From Anaerolineaceae bacterium (GTDB lineage Bacteria; Chloroflexota; Anaerolineae; Anaerolineales; E44-bin32): DNA of 64,000 nucleotides. Positions 57,898-64,000 of this stretch are shown here, one piece after another; positions within the stretch are counted from its first letter, which is position 1, and each line of letters starts with the position of its first letter. The translations under genes and the position numbers were made by a program. The stretch spans positions 970,369 to 1,034,368 of the forward strand of contig CP070708.1 of NCBI GenBank assembly GCA_020350285.1, written 5' to 3'. The notes under the pieces were generated by a model. The model did not search any database. It was not told the DNA's origin and was given only the letters and a program-made list of their open reading frames with translations.

Positions 57898-59784
57898 GTG
57901 AAGGGAAATGGGGTAAGATCCCAAACTCGCCGAAATCTCCCCAAACGGTATTGGCGCGTCTGGGTATTTCGTTTTTTCTTAGTGATAATCTTGATGAGTA
58001 TCGTTGCCTTAGGGTGGGCTGGGATACGAATGAGGACGCAACTTGATCCGACACCGCTTGATCCCACGCTACTAGCATTAGCAACTGCTCTTCAATTTAC
58101 CCCTACTGCAACCACCAGTCCTACTGCAGCGCCCCCATCAGCTACCTTCACAATCGCCCCCACTCGAAGTTCCTCACTTGGAACGCTGGTCTACGCCGCT
58201 CGAAATGACGGATACAGCCACATCTGGGCGTATACCCCAGGGGATTCTGCTCCCGTTCAGATCACAAATGGTGCATGGGATGACAGGGACCCAGCTGTCA
58301 GTCCAGATGGCAGATACATTGCGTTCTCTTCAAATCGGAAAGGAGCGTGGGACCTCTACCTTTTGGAGCTGAGAACAGGGGGATTGCGACGGTTAACGGA
58401 TACTTTAGGATTTGAAGGAAATCCTACTTGGTCTCACGATGGCCTTTGGTTGGCTTGTGAAGTTTACTTCGAAGGTGATTTTAATATCTGGATCATCCCC
58501 ATAAATGGTGGCCTTTCACCCATTCAGCTAACAAGCCACCCTGCGATAGATCTCTCCCCGTCTTGGGATCATTCAGGAGATGGCCGGCGTATCGCATTTG
58601 TCTCGTACCGGGATGGAAGTCCTGATATCTTTATTGCCGATTTGGATAACCCGGATAACCGTTTCTTTAACCTTACAAGAACCCCCGTAATCGCCGAGAA
58701 AAATCCAGCCTTCAGCCCAGACGGCTCCCGGGTCGCATACTCAATGTACTCGCATGGTCTTGATTTGATCCTCATCCAAGATTTAAATGACCTGTCTCAA
58801 TTGCCCGAGACCGTCAGCGAAGCGCGAACTGTCGCATGGTCGCCTGATGGGAGGTTCATTGCGACAGTATTATCCAACTCAATTTCGACCCACCTTCAGG
58901 TGAACGCTTTAGGTGACGATGGGACAAATTCGGTTGGATACCCTCCAATAAGCGGTATCCAGAGTCTTGATTGGACGGAGCATGGTCTTCCAGGTGAAGT
59001 GTATGCGCGAGGATCGAACAACAGTGTCTCCACGCCTCTTTTCGTCATCAATGCCATTCCTGAGGATTCAGGACGTTTGTCACTGGTCGAACTTACCGAT
59101 ATCGTTGCGCCCATCCCTGCCCTCTCGGATGCAGTCGATGAAGCGTTTAATGCGCTTCGCATAAGAACAATAGCAGAACTGGGATGGGATTTCCTTGGTA
59201 GCTTAGAAAATGCATTTGTTGGGATCAATGATCCGCTTCCTCCTGGCTATGCATATAATGATTGGCTTTATACAGGCAGAGCCTTCGCCTTTCAACAGAC
59301 CACAGTCCAGGCGGGTTGGGTGGAGCTTGTTCGTGAGGATTATGGCGGCAAGACGTATTGGCGTGTTTTTGTGCGTACCGTGGTTCAGGATGGTTCACAA
59401 GGAGAACCACTGCGCGCGTTACCGTGGGATTTCAGCACAAGGCATACCGGCGATCCGTTAGCGTATGACCAGGGGGGATCCCTGCGTGAAAGTATCCCGG
59501 AAGGGTATTATGTTGATTTCACGCAACTCGCAGGGGATTATGGTTTCGACCGCTTGCCTGCTTTAACCGATTGGCGAACCTTCTATCCGAGCGCAAGGTT
59601 TAATGAATTTGTACGGACCGATGGCCTGGATTGGACCTCAGCGATGCTTGAACTCTATCCAGCGTCAGCTATCGTGACCCCCACACCTTTCCAGACACCG
59701 ACCCCAACTCCGACACGCACACCACGACCGACAGCTACGCCGTGGTGGTGGCGATGGCGAACGCCTACGCCCAGCTCGCCATGA
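57898..59784 (+). CDS. membrane-anchored TolB-like beta-propeller (PD40 repeats) protein with unassigned C-terminal domain and Pro/Thr/Trp-rich tail
   Basis: TM helix VWVFRFFLVIILMSIVALGW. At least 5 PD40-type repeats (DPAVSPDGRYIAFSS, NPTWSHDG, SPSWDHSGDGRRIAFVS, NPAFSPDGSRVAYS, VAWSPDGRFIA). Tail TPTPTPTRTPRPTATPWWWRWRTPTPSSP. A TATAAT box is at 57869-57874. Confidence 0.8.
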   Translation: MKGNGVRSQTRRNLPKRYWRVWVFRFFLVIILMSIVALGWAGIRMRTQLDPTPLDPTLLALATALQFTPTATTSPTAAPPSATFTIAPTRSSSLGTLVYAARNDGYSHIWAYTPGDSAPVQITNGAWDDRDPAVSPDGRYIAFSSNRKGAWDLYLLELRTGGLRRLTDTLGFEGNPTWSHDGLWLACEVYFEGDFNIWIIPINGGLSPIQLTSHPAIDLSPSWDHSGDGRRIAFVSYRDGSPDIFIADLDNPDNRFFNLTRTPVIAEKNPAFSPDGSRVAYSMYSHGLDLILIQDLNDLSQLPETVSEARTVAWSPDGRFIATVLSNSISTHLQVNALGDDGTNSVGYPPISGIQSLDWTEHGLPGEVYARGSNNSVSTPLFVINAIPEDSGRLSLVELTDIVAPIPALSDAVDEAFNALRIRTIAELGWDFLGSLENAFVGINDPLPPGYAYNDWLYTGRAFAFQQTTVQAGWVELVREDYGGKTYWRVFVRTVVQDGSQGEPLRALPWDFSTRHTGDPLAYDQGGSLRESIPEGYYVDFTQLAGDYGFDRLPALTDWRTFYPSARFNEFVRTDGLDWTSAMLELYPASAIVTPTPFQTPTPTPTRTPRPTATPWWWRWRTPTPSSP

Positions 59785-60872
59785 AAAGCGTCAATATCTA
59801 CACATCAGCCAGGATATTCATCAGTGGTCTTCTCCTTGCTGCCTGTGGACTAACGGGGGATGAGGCGCCACAGAATGGGATGCTCCCCATCGAAAGTCCG
59901 ACACCGGAGCTGACGAATGTTAGCAGTGAAGAAATCACCCTGATGGAAAGTGGGGCTTCCCCAAACATGGTCGTAACGCCTGTTTCAGTGGAACTCCCTT
60001 CACCCATCCCTATTCCCACCTCAGATTGGAGGCCACCTCCTTATCCCGCGCCATGGGCGATCCGTCCTCAGGATCATTTCTATTTTGATCGACCCATTCC
60101 CTCAGGAGAGGTGAACTGGCCAAACCCGAGATACCGATATGGAAGCACTTTATTTGGAGAGGAGAATATCCATACTGGAGTTGACTTGGGCGCTGACCGC
60201 GGCACTTTGGTTCTAGCAGCTGGACCAGGCGAAGTGGTATGGACTGGTTATGGCCTTTACCGAGGCATTTACGATGAAACCGACCCCTATGGTCTTGCTG
60301 TAGCCATAGAGCATGATTATGGCTACCAGGGTATTCAACTGCATACCGTCTATGCTCATATGCAATCCATTCGAGTATGGGATGGACAGCGTGTTCAGTC
60401 AGGAGAGATTCTCGGAACTGTGGGCGATACAGGTCATGCCTCTGGACCTCATTTGCATTTTGAGATCAGGTTAGGGGATAACCGATATTGGAGCACCCGC
60501 AATCCCGAGCTTTGGATCGCGCCGCCCATTGGCTGGGGTGTACTAGCAGGGCGAGTGGAGGATACCTTTGGTAATTTGCTCAAGGAGTACCTTGTGCAAA
60601 TCTACTCGATTAAGTCCGGTGAACGCTGGGATGTATGGACCTATGCAGAAGGTACCATCCATTCGGATGATTTTTATCGGGAAAATTTTGTGATCAGTGA
60701 TTTACCTTCAGGTCCATACGACATCCGGGTCGATTTCGCTGGTAGGTCCTTCTCAGCTCAACTTTACCTTTATCCAGGCCAAACGAATTTCATCGTCTTC
60801 CGTGGGCGAAATGGGTTTAATGTGGAACCCACGCCTACACCAGTAGATCTCACCAATCCTCCAGATTTATAA
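59781..60872 (+). CDS. M23-family (LytM-type) peptidoglycan metalloendopeptidase lipoprotein
   Basis: ATGA overlap with the upstream stop. Lipobox LLLAAC. HTGVDLGA (HxxxD) and GHASGPHLHFE (HxH). The C-terminus is a beta-sandwich resembling a carboxypeptidase-regulatory-like domain. Confidence 0.9.
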   Translation: MKSVNIYTSARIFISGLLLAACGLTGDEAPQNGMLPIESPTPELTNVSSEEITLMESGASPNMVVTPVSVELPSPIPIPTSDWRPPPYPAPWAIRPQDHFYFDRPIPSGEVNWPNPRYRYGSTLFGEENIHTGVDLGADRGTLVLAAGPGEVVWTGYGLYRGIYDETDPYGLAVAIEHDYGYQGIQLHTVYAHMQSIRVWDGQRVQSGEILGTVGDTGHASGPHLHFEIRLGDNRYWSTRNPELWIAPPIGWGVLAGRVEDTFGNLLKEYLVQIYSIKSGERWDVWTYAEGTIHSDDFYRENFVISDLPSGPYDIRVDFAGRSFSAQLYLYPGQTNFIVFRGRNGFNVEPTPTPVDLTNPPDL

Positions 60873-60966
60873 CTCGTTGGACGGGAAGAAATCACCCTCG
60901 TGTCGTAAAGTATATTTGGCGTTGGTTCTCCTGCATTCTCCTCAAATACTAAGCCTCTCCTCGCGA

Positions 60967-60995
60967 TTGACCTTTTTCCAGAATAATCATTAAAT
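60967..60995 (+). promoter_or_regulatory. sigma-70-type promoter of the ProRS-like gene, leaderless geometry
   Basis: TTGACC-N17-TTAAAT ends 6 nt before ATG 61002. No SD. Confidence 0.45.
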
Positions 60996-61001
60996 ATCAT
61001 C

Positions 61002-62558
61002 ATGAAACGAAGCCAACTCCTCGGTCGTACTCTTCGTGAAGCTCCACTGGTGCCTGACCCATGGACAGAGCTTGCGCTCCGCGCAGCTTTCATTCGTTTG
61101 GTGGATCATCAGGTAATAACCCTTCCATTAGGGGAAAGAGCCGTCGCTCGTTTGATGGATATGTTGGGATCCATCCTGTCACCTGCTCAAAAGGTACGAA
61201 TGGGACCGGGTTTGGTTGATGAAGGATGGACAGAATTCCTTCAGGGTGAGATCCAATCATACCGCCAATTACCGATAATGTTATTCACGCAACGAATGGT
61301 GAAATCGATCGAGCCTGCACAAGGTTTAGCTCGACCACCTTGGCGAAATGCTCTGCAGTGGTTGAGGATGTGTATCTCTGGAGAGGACCTTCAAAACTAT
61401 CAAGACCAGTGGATGAAGAACGTAGAAGCCTTGTGGCATGAGCTTGGATTAGCCCCTAGTTCGACGGAGTGGAGGCCAAGTGAGTTTGGATGGTCCTATG
61501 TGCACGAAAAAGGACCGGACGAGATGCTTTCCTGCTTATCTTGCAGCTATATCGGAAGTTCAGTGGCAGCGCAATTCAGGCGGCAACCAAACGTGGATGA
61601 GGATCTCTTAGAGATGACTCCCGTTTCCACACCTGGAGCCGATACAATCCAGGCTCTGGCTGAAATGCTCTCGATACCAGAGGAAAAAACCCTCAAAGCA
61701 GTCTTTCTGTCGGGAGATGATGAGCAATTGGTATTAATCGTCATCCGCGGGGATCTGGATGTCAGCATGCCCAAGATTTCTGCTTTGACGGGTAGTCATG
61801 CTCTTCGTCCAGCCAGTGAGGAAGGCATCCGTTCCGGACGTGCGGAACCCGGCTTTGCTAGCCCAATTGGATTAGATGTGATGCCATCCTTGGATGAGAG
61901 AGGGATTTTGGTTATCGGTGATCTTTCCATCGAGCATGGGGTAAATTTCGTTGCGGGGGCGAACAAGCCAGGTTTTCACATAAGCGGTGTTAATTACCCG
62001 CGTGATTTTAGCGTCACATTGATTGCGGATGTCGCGCTTGCTAAGGAGGGTGATAGTTGCCTTGCGTGTGGTGAAGCGCTTGCAGCGACTCGAGGGATAT
62101 ACCTGGGGGGCTGGAAAAAACTACCTGCTTCTATCCAGTATACAAGTGAAGAGGGGCTTGATCGATCCCATGCTGGACTAGGCACGCTTTCCATAGAGCC
62201 CATACTTTCAGCGCTACTTGCTGAGCACAAGGACGAACAGGGCATGATATGGCCAGTCAGGATCGCACCCTTTGATGTTTATCTTGTCGATCTGAATTGT
62301 CCCCAGGAAGCTGAACAAGTTGTCCAAGATTTGGAGTCCGTTGATTTGAGTGTGCTCCACGATGATCGCAAGGCCTCTCCCGGGGTGAAATTTACCGACG
62401 CTGATTTGATCGGTCTTCCGGTAAGGTTGACAGTTAGCAGGCGAAGCCTGGATCAGGGGGGGGTGGAATGTACGTTAAGAGGGAAAAACACGCTACAGAT
62501 CATCCCTTTTGAAGGTATAGGGGAGGCAATTCTAGCTGTAATTACCTCAGTTATGTAA
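61002..62558 (+). CDS. prolyl-tRNA synthetase paralog (bacterial type, with INS editing and anticodon-binding domains) lacking canonical class-II motifs 1-3
   Basis: It is collinear with ProRS: MKRSQLLGRTLREAP...LRAAFIR, SYRQLP, INS blocks IVIRGDLDVS / PGFASPIGL / FVAGANKPGFHISGVNYPRDF, and anticodon-domain blocks GMIWPVRIAPFDVYLV / DDRKASPGVKFTDADLIGLP. However, motif 2 is VKSIEPAQGLARPPW and motif 3 is AGLGTLSIEP. Confidence 0.8.
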   Translation: MKRSQLLGRTLREAPLVPDPWTELALRAAFIRLVDHQVITLPLGERAVARLMDMLGSILSPAQKVRMGPGLVDEGWTEFLQGEIQSYRQLPIMLFTQRMVKSIEPAQGLARPPWRNALQWLRMCISGEDLQNYQDQWMKNVEALWHELGLAPSSTEWRPSEFGWSYVHEKGPDEMLSCLSCSYIGSSVAAQFRRQPNVDEDLLEMTPVSTPGADTIQALAEMLSIPEEKTLKAVFLSGDDEQLVLIVIRGDLDVSMPKISALTGSHALRPASEEGIRSGRAEPGFASPIGLDVMPSLDERGILVIGDLSIEHGVNFVAGANKPGFHISGVNYPRDFSVTLIADVALAKEGDSCLACGEALAATRGIYLGGWKKLPASIQYTSEEGLDRSHAGLGTLSIEPILSALLAEHKDEQGMIWPVRIAPFDVYLVDLNCPQEAEQVVQDLESVDLSVLHDDRKASPGVKFTDADLIGLPVRLTVSRRSLDQGGVECTLRGKNTLQIIPFEGIGEAILAVITSVM

Positions 62559-62624
62559 AGTAATCTTGACATCCAACTTTCGCCTGTGCTATCCTTCCAT
62601 CCACGGCTAGTTAGTGGAGGAGGG

Positions 62625-63449
62625 ATGGTTCGCGAACGGGTTGGTGATAACGTCTATGTATTTACTAGTGAGTTGTATGCACAGGTAAATGCAGGAGCTA
62701 TCGTAGGTCCGGATTGGTCTGTTTTAATCGACACCTTGGCATATCCTGAGGAATCTCAAGATATCCGTGATTTCCTTGAAGATCGATTAAATAGCCCTGT
62801 TCGATATGTGATTAACACCCATCATCACGCGGATCACACGCTGGGAACCTGTTTTTTTCCGGACGCGATTGTCATAAGTCATTCCCTCTGTCGTCAGTTG
62901 CTGGAAACCAAAGGTCGTGAAGCCTTAAGCGAGGCTCAACGTCTGAATCGTGAATTGTGGGATGTTCATATCGTCTCACCCGACATCATCTACAGCGATG
63001 GTGGGATCAGTCTGCGGGTGGGGAAGCGAACATTGAAGCTGGTTTTTCTTCCTGGGCACAGTGAAGATGGCATCGGTGTCCTTTTGGTTGAGGATCGGGT
63101 CTTGTTCTCGGGCGACATCATGATGCCTTTACCCTATGTGGTTGATGGGGATTTCGACGTGATGATTGAAAATCTCAAGCGGATCCCGCAAATGAACCTC
63201 GAGAATCTTGTACAAGGACACGGAGAGGTCATTTTGAGGGGCGAGGTAGGGTCCGCAGTGAAGGACAATCTGGATTATCTTGCTACAATCCGTCGCCATG
63301 TAAAAAAAGCCACTCGTCGACGGGATCCAGAGGCTTATCTCGAAAAAATCGATGTGGAGTCATGTGACAAAAGCCGTATTCTTCTGAATGGCTTAGCTGA
63401 AGAATTACATAAGCGCAATATGTATGCGCTCTTGGATCGTATGCGGTAA
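62625..63449 (+). CDS. MBL-fold metallo-hydrolase
   Basis: INTHHHADHTLG (HxHxDH), then LPGHSEDG and QGHGE. ATG follows a GGAGGAGGG RBS. Confidence 0.85.
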   Translation: MVRERVGDNVYVFTSELYAQVNAGAIVGPDWSVLIDTLAYPEESQDIRDFLEDRLNSPVRYVINTHHHADHTLGTCFFPDAIVISHSLCRQLLETKGREALSEAQRLNRELWDVHIVSPDIIYSDGGISLRVGKRTLKLVFLPGHSEDGIGVLLVEDRVLFSGDIMMPLPYVVDGDFDVMIENLKRIPQMNLENLVQGHGEVILRGEVGSAVKDNLDYLATIRRHVKKATRRRDPEAYLEKIDVESCDKSRILLNGLAEELHKRNMYALLDRMR

Positions 63450-63560
63450 TTAAGCCATTTTGTCGGCAATCGTGGAACTTGATCTGCGTAAGCTCATCGC
63501 TATGTGCTTGATTAACTTAAATGCCTTTACAGAAGTTCTCTAGGTTGAAGGGTTAGGCCA

Positions 63561-63589
63561 TTGACCCTCTTTGACGCTTGTGGCATAAT
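63561..63589 (+). promoter_or_regulatory. sigma-70-type promoter of the T-box leader
   Basis: TTGACC-N17-CATAAT, about 20 nt upstream of the Stem I base. Confidence 0.45.
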
Positions 63590-63610
63590 CGTGCAAATCC
63601 AATAAGTTCA

Positions 63611-63889
63611 TCGGCGATAATGGAGACGAGTACTCCCGAGGATGCCTGTCAGCGAATCTGGGTGGGTGTGAGCCAGGTCAGGTAATCGGGCGGAAAATCA
63701 CTCTGGAGCTGCGAACCGAAAGTGTGACCCACGAGTAAGGGAGCCGGATTCGCCCACCGTTATCATGGGCGCGGGTATAAGCCAGTCATTATGGTCGTAC
63801 CCGACTGAGAGCTTGCCGTTTGGCAGGTAACAGGGTGGTACCGCGGGAGCGCCTTCGACTCTCGTCCCTGAATGGGACGAGGGTTTTTT
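63611..63889 (+). promoter_or_regulatory. T-box riboswitch leader (tRNA-sensing), probable Ile (AUC) specifier; regulated gene lies beyond the window
   Basis: GA/K-turn-like GCGATAATGGAGACGAGTA at the Stem I base. The canonical T-box sequence AACAGGGTGGTACCGCGGGA is at 63829-63848. The terminator CTCGTCCC-TGAAT-GGGACGAG plus GGTTTTTT is at 63861-63889. Candidate specifier loop: CGGAAA-AUC-A. Confidence 0.8.
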
Positions 63890-64000
63890 ATTAACGGGAA
63901 ACAATGTAAACAAAGTACGGGCAATGAATTCATTGTCCTGATTGTGTAAAGCGTTTGATCCGAACCATGAAGTGTGATCGGGAGTGAAGGGTGTGACAGA

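Noticed and set aside
52295-60872. The 52-61 kb locus as a horizontally acquired island or mobile element
   Set aside because: There is no integrase, transposase, flanking direct repeat or adjacent tRNA. By eye, base composition and codon style match the rest of the window. I treat it as native accessory DNA.
63698-63913. 71-aa minus-strand ORF
   Set aside because: It lies entirely inside the T-box leader and terminator on the opposite strand. The RNA element explains the sequence better.

Overview
64 kb of a gene-dense bacterial chromosome with about 57 protein genes, one tRNA and one T-box leader. No transposase, integrase, CRISPR array or rRNA was seen. Gene content and style suggest a Chloroflexota (Anaerolineae-like) organism: Pro/Thr-rich linkers, membrane-anchored versions of normally soluble proteins, TtuA/TtuB, and dispersed GC-rich palindromes. 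This taxonomic call is inference only. All homology calls come from motifs read by eye and remembered family signatures; no search was run.

Layout:
- 1-5.5 kb: four tandem polytopic (GT-C/YfhO-like) membrane proteins.
- 5.7-9 kb: MoxR ATPase, a membrane-fused spermidine-synthase-like protein and a TIGR01906-like protein.
- 9-15.5 kb: apgM, an orphan sugar-ABC ATPase, and membrane-anchored yvcK-gap-pgk.
- 15.8-21 kb: Ser/Thr kinase, polyprenyl synthase, TatD and a phosphohexomutase.
- 21.3-26 kb: rpsF-ssb-rpsR, a parvulin PPIase and relA/spoT.
- 26.7-42.5 kb: a co-directional minus-strand block. Read in the direction of transcription it is mreBCD-mrdA, minCDE-rodA, gltX, tRNA-Gln, trmO, ftsY, prfB (with its +1 frameshift), secG, a peptide SBP and an S1-domain protein.
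- 42.9-47.2 kb: tilS, a GT4 glycosyltransferase and glnA.
- 47.4-49.8 kb: a ttuB-ttuA-queF-yhhQ tRNA-modification operon.
- 49.9-52.3 kb: a DUF1385 protein and an M20 peptidase.
- 52.3-60.9 kb: the least conventional locus. It holds a long non-coding spacer, an orphan beta-rich protein, a MalT-type STAND NTPase-TPR protein with a C-terminal SARP/BTAD module, a terminator-bounded mini-ORF, a small helical protein coupled to an ImmA/IrrE-like protein lacking both zinc-binding His residues, and a TolB-propeller/M23 lipoprotein pair.
- 61-62.6 kb: a ProRS paralog with eroded catalytic motifs.
- 62.6-64 kb: an MBL hydrolase and an Ile-type T-box leader running off the window.

The most interesting candidates are the degenerate ProRS, the STAND/pseudo-ImmA locus, the TtuB(GG-SL)/TtuA-QueF-YhhQ operon, a family of structure-conserving palindromic repeats, and several promoters positioned for leaderless mRNAs.
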